A stretch of DNA of 64,000 nucleotides, taken from the NCBI GenBank assembly GCA_963783575.1, contig CAWAOD010000003.1, forward strand, positions 224,001-288,000, given 5' to 3'. Numbering within the stretch: position 1 is the stretch's first letter; each line of letters starts with the position of its first letter. The translations under genes were made by a program, and so were the position numbers. This document shows positions 49,536 to 59,125 of the stretch, piece by piece. The DNA comes from an uncultured Spirochaetota bacterium (GTDB taxonomy: Bacteria; Spirochaetota; Brevinematia; Brevinematales; JAOACQ01). The notes under the pieces are model-generated. The model was not told the DNA's origin, did no database searches, and saw nothing but the letters and a program-made list of their open reading frames with translations.

Positions 49536-50108
49536 ATGAAGTTATTGAAACGTTTTATTTTAGTTTTGATTGCCATATTTTTAGTTTTCTATGCGCTCAT
49601 TTCCGTCTATATAATATGTTATCCTATTAAAACCGATTTCCCCGGGAATAAAACCCTTTGTGTTGTTTTCGGCGCCGGGATAACGTGGTCGGGCGAACCG
49701 AGCAATGCTTTAAAATTCAGGCTTGATAAATCTATCGAATTATATAAAAACAGCAGAATAAAAAAAATCTTTATAAGCGGAAAAATAGCCGAAATTTTTG
49801 TAATGAAGAATTATCTTATTAAAAATGATATTGATACCAATGACATCATCACCGATTATAACGGCAAGAATACACTGAAAACAATTGAGAATGTAAGACA
49901 ATATGTAAAAAAACAGGATGTCGGAGACGGTATAGTATTTATAAGCCAGAAATATCATATTCCCAGAATTACTTTAATCGCATATAAAAAGAAGATTGGG
50001 CATTCATTTTTTATTGCAGCGGATACCAAAAATATAGACCAGCAGGATAGAATTTTATTTATAGCCAGGGAAAGCCTGGGTTTCATAAAATCCCTGATTA
50101 TGGACTGA
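49536..50108 (+). CDS. YdcF/SanA/ElyC (DUF218) family membrane-anchored protein
   Basis: N-terminal TM, VVFGAG, L..RLD.SIELY, IFISG, SQKYHIPR, RE.LG. Confidence 0.88.
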   Translation: MKLLKRFILVLIAIFLVFYALISVYIICYPIKTDFPGNKTLCVVFGAGITWSGEPSNALKFRLDKSIELYKNSRIKKIFISGKIAEIFVMKNYLIKNDIDTNDIITDYNGKNTLKTIENVRQYVKKQDVGDGIVFISQKYHIPRITLIAYKKKIGHSFFIAADTKNIDQQDRILFIARESLGFIKSLIMD

Positions 50109-50115
50109 TAGCAAG

Positions 50116-50919
50116 ATGAAAGACGCTAACATTGACGAAATATTCTATTCCATCCAGGGTGAAGGTCCGCTCGTAGGAATTCCTTTCCTTTTTATACGCT
50201 TAGGCGGGTGCAATCTAAACTGCTATTACTGTGATACCAAAGAGTCAAAAAAAATTAAACCATATTGCCGGATATATTATCCTAATTCAGGACGAGTATA
50301 TCAGCGGAAACGATTAATCCTATTCGGCGGATTCCCTGAGGAATCGAAAGGGCTCACCGCAGGCAGGATCTCTCTTGTTAAAAATCCTGTAGAAATAAGC
50401 TGTCTTGAGAATATATTGCAGGGATTTCAATACGAATATGTCTCATTCACCGGGGGAGAACCTTTACTCCGCCATGATTTTATTGAAAATTCACTGTCTT
50501 TATTTTCTAATAAAATTTTACTAATTGAAACAAACGGTACTTTACCCGGTCATATTACCGGAAGCTTGATAAAACGAATAGATTACTGGTCGGTAGATAT
50601 AAAGCTGCCTTCAACATCAAAATTAGATGTTATTAAACTCAATGAAGAATTTATTTTAAATTTGGCTGATGCACGGAATATAATCATAAAGACCGTATTT
50701 TCACCGGAAACTCTTTCCAGTGAACTGGAAGAGGCTTACCGGATCGCATACGGATTATATGAAAAAAATAAAAATACAACTCTTATCTATCAGCCGGTAA
50801 CAAAGAACGGTAAAATTTCAACCGGTAAGAACCTGAATACCGTATATTCAATTTGTTATAAAAGCAGTATGGAAATCCGTATATTACCTCAAATACATAA
50901 AATGCTTAAAATAAAATAA
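50116..50919 (+). CDS. queE: 7-carboxy-7-deazaguanine synthase (radical SAM) with a 24-aa insert
   Basis: EIFYSIQGEG, FIRLGGCNLNCYYCDT, SFTGGEPLL, IETNGT, RILPQIHK. Confidence 0.9.
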   Translation: MKDANIDEIFYSIQGEGPLVGIPFLFIRLGGCNLNCYYCDTKESKKIKPYCRIYYPNSGRVYQRKRLILFGGFPEESKGLTAGRISLVKNPVEISCLENILQGFQYEYVSFTGGEPLLRHDFIENSLSLFSNKILLIETNGTLPGHITGSLIKRIDYWSVDIKLPSTSKLDVIKLNEEFILNLADARNIIIKTVFSPETLSSELEEAYRIAYGLYEKNKNTTLIYQPVTKNGKISTGKNLNTVYSICYKSSMEIRILPQIHKMLKIK

Positions 50920-50933
50920 AACAATTCTATTTC

Positions 50934-50962
50934 TTGACAAATTAAGGGTTTTCCCATAAAAT
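50934..50962 (+). promoter_or_regulatory. Sigma70-type promoter of the rpsF operon
   Basis: TTGACA-17 nt-TAAAAT. Confidence 0.75.
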
Positions 50963-50967
50963 CTTCT

Positions 50968-51066
50968 ATCCTTCCTGCCGTTATAAGGTCGATCATTTCA
51001 GGCAGGCATTGAAAAAATCCGGATTATTTTCCCGGGTTTTTTCATAGTCCATAAGGAGGAATATCG
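50968..51066 (+). promoter_or_regulatory. Structured rpsF leader (candidate S6:S18-binding leader)
   Basis: Stems cctgcc/ggcagg and tgaaaaaatccgg/ccgggttttttca; a 5' tccttcct tract is roughly complementary to the SD AAGGAGGA. Confidence 0.45.
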
Positions 51067-51357
51067 ATGGTTAGAGAATACGAAATCACCTTTCTTATCA
51101 AAGAAGGTGAGATTGTCAAATCAGCAGTTGAGAGGATAAAGGATTATCTCTCAAAAATCAAGGCAAATCTGGTCAGTGAAAATGATATGGGAACCCGCCA
51201 GCTTGCATACAATATTCACAGAAACCGTGAAGATTTCGTACGAGCTTTCTATTATTTTATCAAGGTTGAAATGGATACGGTTACAATTCCGGAACTGGAA
51301 AGGCGGATCAAATTCGATGAAGATATAATCCGCTATATGATTGTAACGGGAAGCTGA
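51067..51357 (+). CDS. rpsF: 30S ribosomal protein S6
   Basis: REYEITFLI, MGTRQLAYNI, ELERRIKFDEDIIRYMIV. Confidence 0.93.
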   Translation: MVREYEITFLIKEGEIVKSAVERIKDYLSKIKANLVSENDMGTRQLAYNIHRNREDFVRAFYYFIKVEMDTVTIPELERRIKFDEDIIRYMIVTGS

Positions 51358-51360
51358 CCT

Positions 51361-51867
51361 ATGAGCTGGGATATTAACAGGGTTATGCTTATAGGCAGGC
51401 TTTCCAATGATGTTGATCTGAAATATACGCCGTCAGGAACCGCTATAGCGAAATTCGGCCTCGCAGTCGGCGGTAAACCCAAAAATGACGGCAGCGACAG
51501 CGTATCGTTTTTCAATATTGTAGTATGGGGAAAAGCCGCGGAGAATTGCAGCAGCTATCTGTCCAAAGGGAAACAGGTTGCTATTGACGGGCGGCTGGAT
51601 CAAAGAAGCTGGACAGCTCAGGATGGCTCCAAAAGAAGCACCGTTGAAGTTATAGCCGAACGGGTGGAATTTTTAGGTTCATCCGGGGGAACACCCAGAC
51701 AGGCGCCGGCTCCGGATACAAATGCAAATGCCGGTGTTAAGCAGGGAACAGGAAGCGGCGGCGGTACTTATGAAGATAATTTTTATGATAATACAAACTT
51801 CGATACCACACCCGCAGACCCGAATTCTTTCCCGGACGAACAAAACCCTAACGATCCGAATTTTTAG
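51361..51867 (+). CDS. ssb: Single-stranded DNA-binding protein
   Basis: [39 protein letters not shown], acidic tail ending DPNF. Confidence 0.97.
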   Translation: MSWDINRVMLIGRLSNDVDLKYTPSGTAIAKFGLAVGGKPKNDGSDSVSFFNIVVWGKAAENCSSYLSKGKQVAIDGRLDQRSWTAQDGSKRSTVEVIAERVEFLGSSGGTPRQAPAPDTNANAGVKQGTGSGGGTYEDNFYDNTNFDTTPADPNSFPDEQNPNDPNF

Positions 51868-51893
51868 TTTATGATGATTATAAGGAGAATATA

Positions 51894-52328
51894 ATGGCAG
51901 AAGAAATTGTAAATGATAGAGAAGACAAATCCGACAACGATATTGTACTATCAAAGGATATCCCATTAAAGGAAACATCCTCTTCAAAAGAGTCCGCCTC
52001 TTCAAAAGAGGATGCTGTAATGCCGGAAACAGCTGGTCATATTGATATAATCGATACCGAGATAAAGAAAGTAAAAGATACCGGCGATTCGATTCCCGAT
52101 AAGAAAAAGTTTTTTTATACAAAAAAGGTCTGTAAGTTCTGTACAAGGCAGATGGAAGAGAAGGTTCTTAATTATAAAAATGTAGATATATTAAGAAGGT
52201 TTGTAATGCCAAGCGGCAAAATCCTGCCGAGAAGAATCAGCGGCAATTGCGCCAAGCACCAGAGGATGGCAGTTAGGGAAATAAAAAAAGCCAGGATCAT
52301 TGCGCTTTTACCTTTTCTGGACAGGTAA
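51894..52328 (+). CDS. rpsR: 30S ribosomal protein S18 with long acidic N-terminal extension
   Basis: [19 protein letters not shown]...[17 protein letters not shown]...IKKAR.IALLPF. Confidence 0.95.
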   Translation: MAEEIVNDREDKSDNDIVLSKDIPLKETSSSKESASSKEDAVMPETAGHIDIIDTEIKKVKDTGDSIPDKKKFFYTKKVCKFCTRQMEEKVLNYKNVDILRRFVMPSGKILPRRISGNCAKHQRMAVREIKKARIIALLPFLDR

Positions 52329-52337
52329 ACAGGGTTT

Positions 52338-53174
52338 GTGGATTTTTCCTTTTTTTTAGTAATTATAACAATTTTATTTTACCTGGTATTTTTGTTCGGT
52401 GTTATAGTTGTCAGACAGATTATTAAAAAAAGGATTTTCCGGTACATTGTATTCCTGCTCCCGGCAGTTTTATTTTTTTGTAATAGGATAATAGCATTAT
52501 TTTTCTTAATATTGAGCCTGATACCGGTACTTTTTGCCGATTTTAACATTTTCAGAAAACATATTACTGCTTTTTTCAGGATTGTTTTTGCCGTTTTATT
52601 ATTGGTTTTCGGGTTCTTATTTCAGAAACCGGGAGTCATGGATTTATCGGGAATCGACAGATTGATTGAGAATTTACTGTCGCTTTCTGGGTTTTTTCAC
52701 AATGGCAGTTTTTTACAAATATATTATATAAGCTATTTATTCCGGCCGATTTATTTGTCGCTGATATTCATGCTTCTAACAGTAATATATAGCTTTGCCC
52801 TGACAGCATATAAAAGAAGTTACTGGTACCGATATATCAGGAAGTTTAATCACAGAGAAGTTCTTGCTGTAGTATTTTTCTGGCTTTGCTATTTCGTTTT
52901 AAACAATATTAAATTGAAATGGCTTAAATGGGAATATATAATTATAATTCTCAATCTCGCGATTTATTTTTCATTATATTATTTGATGTACGGATTTTTA
53001 ACTTTGATTTTCAGTCTGAAGAAACGGAGTATAGAATATTTCAGTGTTATAATTATAATATATTCACTGATAATATTTTCAGGGCAGTATTTCCTGATTC
53101 CATTGATATTGGTTATGGGAATCGGGATTTCGGATATATGGATGTATTATTTAAAAAAACGCCCATTTAGATGA
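52338..53174 (+). CDS. Polytopic membrane protein (YybS/DUF2232-like by position)
   Basis: About 8 hydrophobic segments, C-terminal MGIGISDIW; lies between rpsR and rplI. Confidence 0.7.
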   Translation: MDFSFFLVIITILFYLVFLFGVIVVRQIIKKRIFRYIVFLLPAVLFFCNRIIALFFLILSLIPVLFADFNIFRKHITAFFRIVFAVLLLVFGFLFQKPGVMDLSGIDRLIENLLSLSGFFHNGSFLQIYYISYLFRPIYLSLIFMLLTVIYSFALTAYKRSYWYRYIRKFNHREVLAVVFFWLCYFVLNNIKLKWLKWEYIIIILNLAIYFSLYYLMYGFLTLIFSLKKRSIEYFSVIIIIYSLIIFSGQYFLIPLILVMGIGISDIWMYYLKKRPFR

Positions 53175-53307
53175 GCGTTTTTTTAAATAATTTGGAGTTT
53201 TGAATAGAAGAAAATCAAGCAAACAAAACTCCGCGCTTATTGATTTGAGAAAACGGGAAGCAAAGAATTTATTCAAAATAGAAAAATATTGACTATCGGA
53301 GGATTGT

Positions 53308-53748
53308 ATGAAGGTAATTTTACTCGATAATGTGATCGGGCTTGGGAAAGCAGGCGATATAAAAAACGTCAGGGACGGATATGCCAGGAATTTTCTGCTT
53401 CCCCAAAAAGTCGCGGAAGTTGCGACTAAAAGCAAAGAAAAACATCTTCAAAGAATAGCGTCTGCTCTTTCAGTTAAGGCAAAAAAGTTTTATGATGACG
53501 CAGTGGCGATCAAGGAAGCGGTAGAAAAGGAAGAAATCGAGATCAAGGCAAAGGCCGGGGAAGAAGGAAAACTTTTCGGGTCGATTACCTCTGCTGATAT
53601 TTCATTAATTTTAATAAATAAAGGTTTTGATATTGAAAAAAAGAAAATACTTCTTGAGCATATTAAAACCATAGGCGATCATACAGCAAGGATTCGTCTT
53701 GACGAGGGTGTAGTTGCCGCTATTAAAATAAAGGTTGTACAAGAATAA
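53308..53748 (+). CDS. rplI: 50S ribosomal protein L9
   Basis: MKVILLDNV.GLGKAGDI.NVRDGYARNFLLP, GKLFGSIT. Confidence 0.97.
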   Translation: MKVILLDNVIGLGKAGDIKNVRDGYARNFLLPQKVAEVATKSKEKHLQRIASALSVKAKKFYDDAVAIKEAVEKEEIEIKAKAGEEGKLFGSITSADISLILINKGFDIEKKKILLEHIKTIGDHTARIRLDEGVVAAIKIKVVQE

Positions 53749-53750
53749 AT

Positions 53751-55148
53751 ATGGCTGCTGATGATCTGGTAAAAAGAGTTCCTCCCAGCAGTCCCGAGGC
53801 TGAACAATCCTGTATCGGCGCAATGCTGAACTCTTCAACGGCCATATCCACGATTCTTGAAATGCTCAATGATGATGATTTTTTCGACGCAAGAAATAAG
53901 ATTATATTTAAGATAATTGAAGAACTCAGCGAAAAAAATATTCCGGTCGATGTAGTTAGTGTTTCCGAAAGGCTTTCCTCAGGTAATATACTTCAGCAAG
54001 CTGGCGGAAGCGCTTATCTGTCAAAATTAATCGAGAATGTCCCTTCGCTTTCAAATACCCAGTACCATGCCAAAATCGTTCTGGAAAAAGCCATTCTCCG
54101 TGAATTGATAAATGCGGCAAGATCGATTATCGACAATGTTTACGAGAACCAGACGGATATTGAAAAGATTTCCGATGAATCTGAAAAGCTTATTTTTGAC
54201 GTAACCAATAGAAAACTCAGGTCCAATTATAAACTCCTCAAGGAAATCCTGAGCGACACATTAAAAGGTATCGAAAGAATAGCCCATTCAAAGCATGTCT
54301 ATACCGGCCAGCCTACCGGGTATAATGAATTCGACGATATGACCAGCGGATTGCAGCATGGCGATTTAATTGTCATCGCCGCAAGGCCTTCAATGGGTAA
54401 AACCGCTTTTGCTTTAAATATTGCTGCCAATGTGGCAAAAATGAACCTTGATAACGGCGTTATGTTTTTTTCACTGGAAATGTCTTTCCAGGAACTTGTA
54501 CTCAGAATGCTGTCTACAGAATCCAAAATCGACATGCAGAAGATCCGTAAAGGCCAATTAAGCACTCCCGATGATTGGAAAAGCCTTGTCGATTCAGCCG
54601 GCGTATTATCAAGGATGAAAGTGCTTGTAGATGACACCCCCGCTATCTCATTAAACGAAATCAGGGCAAAAGCGAGAAGGGTCAAATCAAAATACAATAT
54701 CAAGCTGATAATTATTGATCACCTTCAGCTAATCTCTACTTCCGAGTCCAACAAGATGATAATAAACAGAAATAATGAAATCAGTTACATTTCAAGAAGC
54801 TTAAAAGCTTTAGCTAAGGAATTGGATATTCCGATAATAGTATTGTCGCAACTTTCAAGAAAAGTGGATGACAGGGGCGGAGATCACAAGCCTATATTAT
54901 CGGACTTGCGGGAATCCGGGGCAATAGAGCAGGATGCCGATCTTGTAGCTTTTTTGTATAGAGAAGAATATTATAAAAAGGATAGTGAAAAAAAGAATAT
55001 TGCGGAACTTCTTTTGCAGAAGCAAAGAAACGGCCCTACCGGGGATATTCAACTTGTATTTTTAAAGGAAACTGTCCGCTTTGAAAATTATTTCAAGCAT
55101 TCTTCTTATCTTGACAGCGACTACAAGGATTCAGGCGAAGATTTTTAG
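53751..55148 (+). CDS. dnaB: Replicative DNA helicase
   Basis: PP.S.EAEQS.IGA, AARPSMGKTAFALN, FSLEM, IIDHLQL, LSQLSR, LSDLRESGAIEQDAD; no intein. Confidence 0.97.
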   Translation: MAADDLVKRVPPSSPEAEQSCIGAMLNSSTAISTILEMLNDDDFFDARNKIIFKIIEELSEKNIPVDVVSVSERLSSGNILQQAGGSAYLSKLIENVPSLSNTQYHAKIVLEKAILRELINAARSIIDNVYENQTDIEKISDESEKLIFDVTNRKLRSNYKLLKEILSDTLKGIERIAHSKHVYTGQPTGYNEFDDMTSGLQHGDLIVIAARPSMGKTAFALNIAANVAKMNLDNGVMFFSLEMSFQELVLRMLSTESKIDMQKIRKGQLSTPDDWKSLVDSAGVLSRMKVLVDDTPAISLNEIRAKARRVKSKYNIKLIIIDHLQLISTSESNKMIINRNNEISYISRSLKALAKELDIPIIVLSQLSRKVDDRGGDHKPILSDLRESGAIEQDADLVAFLYREEYYKKDSEKKNIAELLLQKQRNGPTGDIQLVFLKETVRFENYFKHSSYLDSDYKDSGEDF

Positions 55149-55157
55149 AGGAATAAA

Positions 55158-55931
55158 ATGGGAAGAATCCGAAAATTTTTTACAGAACTGGGGCAATTCA
55201 CCATCTTTTTTGCTGAAGCTTTCAGGAATGTTCCCAGAAATATCAGGAGCCCATACCAGTTATTACTCAATATCTATAATATTGGAGTTTTATCAGTACC
55301 GGTTGTGGCTTTAACGGGGTTTTTTATGGGAATGATCCTGGGCCTTCAGCTTGGGAACGCAATGGAATCTACCATAGCCGGAACAGCCCAATACATAAGC
55401 GGCGCGCTTTCAGTAAGCCTGGTTAAAGAAATCGGACCGGTTTTTTCTTCCCTTATTGTGGTAAGCAGGGTATGTTCATCGGTTACCGCCAATATCGGAA
55501 CAATGAAAGTTACGGAACAGATCGACGCCCTTAAAACCTTCGCTGTAAATCCAATAAGTTATCTTGTAACACCGAGGGTATTGGCTGGAATTATATCACT
55601 GCCGATCCTGGGCTTCATATCGATTATTGCTTCTATGATCGGTTCCTGGCTTATGATCACAACTTTAAACGATATTCCGACATCTGTTTTTCTGGAAGTG
55701 GCACAAATGCCTTTGAAAATTAAATACATTTTCGAATCAATAACCAAGATGATGGTTATCGGCGCATTTTTATTGATGGTAAGCACATACTGCGGTTTTC
55801 AGGCAAAAGAAGGCGCGGCAGGAGTCGGAGAAGCTACAATAAAATCAGTCGTGGTATCAAGTATTTTGGTAATACTTCTGGATTATATATTGGGCACAAT
55901 ATTTATCATTTTTACCGGCGGGGCGATTTAA
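55158..55931 (+). CDS. mlaE: MlaE-family ABC transporter permease
   Basis: IGVLSVPVV.LTG.FMG, KEIGPV, IGTMKVTEQIDAL, GA.GVGEAT..SVV. Confidence 0.92.
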   Translation: MGRIRKFFTELGQFTIFFAEAFRNVPRNIRSPYQLLLNIYNIGVLSVPVVALTGFFMGMILGLQLGNAMESTIAGTAQYISGALSVSLVKEIGPVFSSLIVVSRVCSSVTANIGTMKVTEQIDALKTFAVNPISYLVTPRVLAGIISLPILGFISIIASMIGSWLMITTLNDIPTSVFLEVAQMPLKIKYIFESITKMMVIGAFLLMVSTYCGFQAKEGAAGVGEATIKSVVVSSILVILLDYILGTIFIIFTGGAI

Positions 55932-56740
55932 TGTCAAATAAAATTGAAATAATCGGCCTGAAAAAAAAACTTGGGGATAAAATAGTTCTGGATGGGGTTG
56001 ATCTTAGTATTAAAGACGGAGAAACTTTTGCCATTATCGGGCAAAGCGGAGTTGGAAAAAGCGTTCTTATCAAGCATATCATAGGATTGATCCATCCGGA
56101 CGGTGGCGATATTTATATCGACGGCGAAAGGATAGATTTTGACGATGAAGATCAATGGGATAATATCAGGAAAAAGTTCGGGATGCTTTTTCAGGGCGGT
56201 GCGCTCTTTGATTCCCTGACTGTCGGGGAGAATATTTTTTTCGCTTTGAACCACCTGCGCCAGGACCTTACCGAAGAGCAAAAGAATGACAGAATGTACC
56301 AGGCTCTTGAACTTGTTGAGCTAAACAACACAGAAGATTTAATGATAGCATCTTTGTCCGGCGGAATGATGAAACGGGTAGCTCTTGCAAGGGCCATAGT
56401 TGCGGAGCCATCCATAATACTTTTTGATGAACCAACCACCGGCCTTGATCCGATTACAACCGCCACAATCAACGAATTGATTCTGTCGCTTAAGAAAAAA
56501 CTTAAATCAACTTTTATCATTGTCACTCATGATATCCGGGGAGCTAAATATGTAGCGGACAGGATCGGGATGCTCTATATGGGTAAATTGATTTTTACAG
56601 GTACTCCGAAGGAACTTGAAAATACCGATAATCCTTATGTGCTTCAATTTATTCAGGGCAAATTCGAGGGGCCGATTACAGATGAATACAACGCTCAGGT
56701 GGCCGTTCTTTTGCAAAATACCGGTATGGTAAAGAGGTAA
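55931..56740 (+). CDS. mlaF: MlaF-family ABC transporter ATP-binding protein
   Basis: GQSGVGKS, FGMLFQGGALFDSLTVGEN, LSGGMMKRVALARA, FDEPTTGLDP. Confidence 0.93.
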   Translation: MSNKIEIIGLKKKLGDKIVLDGVDLSIKDGETFAIIGQSGVGKSVLIKHIIGLIHPDGGDIYIDGERIDFDDEDQWDNIRKKFGMLFQGGALFDSLTVGENIFFALNHLRQDLTEEQKNDRMYQALELVELNNTEDLMIASLSGGMMKRVALARAIVAEPSIILFDEPTTGLDPITTATINELILSLKKKLKSTFIIVTHDIRGAKYVADRIGMLYMGKLIFTGTPKELENTDNPYVLQFIQGKFEGPITDEYNAQVAVLLQNTGMVKR

Positions 56741-56746
56741 TTTTCT

Positions 56747-57706
56747 ATGCAGAAAAAGAAAAGATTAAATAATGTTGCAATCGGGGCTTTTATTTTTACT
56801 GGCTTGTTCTTATTTTTCTTGTTTATATATTTTGCCGGTAAATTCAGCTTTTTACTTGGCGGCGGTTATAAATTATACATCGAATACGATTTCCTTGATA
56901 ATCTAACGGCCGGAGCTAAGGTAAGGGTTTCGGGAGGACCATCCATCGGCTATATTGATAACATAAATTTTGAAACGGGAAAGATCGTAATAGAAGCTAT
57001 GATTGACGGTAAATACAAGATCAACCGGGGAGCAAACTTTAATATTTACTCTACCAGCCTTGTCGGACAGAAATACATTAATATATCGGATTATAATCCG
57101 AAAACCAATGAATTCTATACTAACAATGAGTATATTATCGGCGTTACACCTATAGGTTTCGCGAGGACCATTGAATTAGCCGGAGCCGGAATCAAATCCA
57201 TTATCGCACAGGGAAATACGGACCTTGTCCTTAAATTCAAGGACGTTTTCCAGAACACGGTTGAATTGGTTAGAGGTTTAAACCATATAGTTAATGATAA
57301 CTCAAAGGACATTCGGGAGAGTATACAGAATTTGAACCAGGCTTTGAAAAATACCGGCGATTTGATGGCCAGGATTAACAACACAATATCGAATATTGAA
57401 TCAGGCTCGAAGAGGCTAAACACTACTTTAAACAGCATCGATAACGATCAGATTAAGTCAATTGTAAGCAATGTCGATTTGGCAGTCATTACATTAAGAG
57501 ATGTATCGGCCGATCTTAAAACCTTCTCGTCGGAATTGAACAGATTAACCTATGATAAATCAAGCGCTCTTAATTTGATAAGGGATAAAGACTTCAAAAT
57601 GCGGCTGGATGATACCATCAAAAATATTGAGGAAACCACCAAAAACAGTGTAGAATTCAGCAAAAAAATAAAAGAAAATCCGTCTTCACTGTTTTTCAGT
57701 AAATAA
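56747..57706 (+). CDS. mlaD: MlaD/MCE-domain protein with long helical C-terminus
   Basis: N-terminal TM, L..GAKVRVSGG..IG, TSLVGQKYI.I, coiled-coil tail ending ENPSSLF. Confidence 0.9.
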   Translation: MQKKKRLNNVAIGAFIFTGLFLFFLFIYFAGKFSFLLGGGYKLYIEYDFLDNLTAGAKVRVSGGPSIGYIDNINFETGKIVIEAMIDGKYKINRGANFNIYSTSLVGQKYINISDYNPKTNEFYTNNEYIIGVTPIGFARTIELAGAGIKSIIAQGNTDLVLKFKDVFQNTVELVRGLNHIVNDNSKDIRESIQNLNQALKNTGDLMARINNTISNIESGSKRLNTTLNSIDNDQIKSIVSNVDLAVITLRDVSADLKTFSSELNRLTYDKSSALNLIRDKDFKMRLDDTIKNIEETTKNSVEFSKKIKENPSSLFFSK

Positions 57707-57723
57707 TTATTGACGCACTAAAA

Positions 57724-58758
57724 TCAATAGCTTTGCATATTATCCAATTCTTCACCGGAAATATCTTCTTTGTATTTATAACTCCAGACTGCTTTACCTT
57801 CTTTAGTTATATAGGAAAGGAACTCCCCCGAATCAACAAGCGCCAGTCCATTAAAAAAAGGACTCGCTTCAATAAATTCCGGTTCAATCATTAATTTCCC
57901 ATCAAGGTTAATATAGCCGAATTTGTCTCCAATCATTACCATAGCAAGGCCTTCGGAGAAATTATCAGATGTATCGTATACCGGATCTATTGCTAATCTT
58001 CTGTTTGTACCGATATATCCATATTTTTCGTTAGTCATTACGTAAGCAAGACCTTCGGAAAAATCCCCCGCATCATCAAAACATGGGTTTATTGTATATT
58101 TGCCGTTTCTATCAATAAATCCATATTTTCCATCTGTCTTGACGACTGCCATATTTTCACAGAACCCGTAAGCTTCATCATATATGGAATCGATGACTAT
58201 TTTACCGTCAGTATTAATATAACCGTATTTATCGCTTACCCTGACAACTGCAAAACCCTCGGAAAATGAAAAAGCTTCCTCAAAACTGGGCTTGATAACC
58301 ACCGATCCATTTGTGTCAATATATCCATAAAAATTGCCTTCTTTTACAAGAGCCAAAGATTTACTTTCGTAAGGTTTGCAAAAATCAAACGCCTCCGAAT
58401 ATTTCGGTTCAACAATATATTTCCCATTTCCATCAATATATCCGTAATACTGATCTAACTTTACAACTGCCCTGCTTTCAAAAAAATTAAACGCTTCGTC
58501 AAATTGAGGCTCAATAATAATTTTTCCTTCTTTATCAATGTAACCGTATTTATCATTGGTAATATACGCAGCCAATTCGGAAGAAAATTGCCCGGCCCAG
58601 TCAAAACGAGGTTCTATTACCCTTTTCCCGGTAATATCGATATAACCCCATTTGCCCTTTTCGATAATAGGAAAAAGACGATCCGTAGACTCCGCATAAA
58701 TTGTCATAACAATTGTTATGACAAATAAAACCATGATTATGAACTTAATATTGTTCAT
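57724..58758 (-). CDS. Secreted WG-repeat (KWG Leptospira-type) protein
   Basis: Signal peptide; repeated KYGYID..GK.VI.P.F..A..FSEGLA.V. Confidence 0.92.
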   Translation of the reverse strand: MNNIKFIIMVLFVITIVMTIYAESTDRLFPIIEKGKWGYIDITGKRVIEPRFDWAGQFSSELAAYITNDKYGYIDKEGKIIIEPQFDEAFNFFESRAVVKLDQYYGYIDGNGKYIVEPKYSEAFDFCKPYESKSLALVKEGNFYGYIDTNGSVVIKPSFEEAFSFSEGFAVVRVSDKYGYINTDGKIVIDSIYDEAYGFCENMAVVKTDGKYGFIDRNGKYTINPCFDDAGDFSEGLAYVMTNEKYGYIGTNRRLAIDPVYDTSDNFSEGLAMVMIGDKFGYINLDGKLMIEPEFIEASPFFNGLALVDSGEFLSYITKEGKAVWSYKYKEDISGEELDNMQSY

Positions 58759-58900
58759 AGATCCTCCCTGCTCAATAAATTTTTTTAATCATACTTTTGA
58801 CTTCTCTTTAACAGGACTTTATTGTAATTAAATCCAACCGATTAGTCAACAGCAGAAACAACTTACACAAATTATTTGTTATTATCTATATAATATCGTG

Positions 58901-59055
58901 TTATTTGGCGATCTTGTGTTCGCCACTGGCTCATATATAAAAGAGTAGATATCATGGCACATCCTTGGGTTCACTGAAAATCAGCATAAATCTTAAAATG
59001 TTTAATAAACAGTATTTTCACCCAAGTTACCGAGAGTCAGCTTTGAAGTGAAACA
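58901..59055 (+). ncRNA. Candidate structured non-coding RNA (family not identified)
   Basis: TATAAT at 58889-58894. Nested stems tggcga/tcgcca, ctggctc/gagtcag, cttgggt/acccaag, actg/cagt in AT-rich surroundings. Confidence 0.3.
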
Positions 59056-59067
59056 ATTATATATTTA

Positions 59068-59096
59068 TTGAAAATAAACTCATCTTTATCTATAAT
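59068..59096 (+). promoter_or_regulatory. Sigma70-type promoter of hisG
   Basis: TTGAAA-17 nt-TATAAT. Confidence 0.65.
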
Positions 59097-59125
59097 TATG
59101 GATTGCATTTTTAATTGGGGAAATT

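Noticed and set aside
53175..53307. Spacer before rplI with a ggagttttg/caaaactcc inverted repeat and weak similarity to the IS1380 TIR
   Set aside because: The match to the TIR is too degenerate and I found no partner end or TSD.
53751..55148. Possible intein in dnaB (or in lon or clpP)
   Set aside because: Protein lengths and motif spacing are normal, with no insertion.
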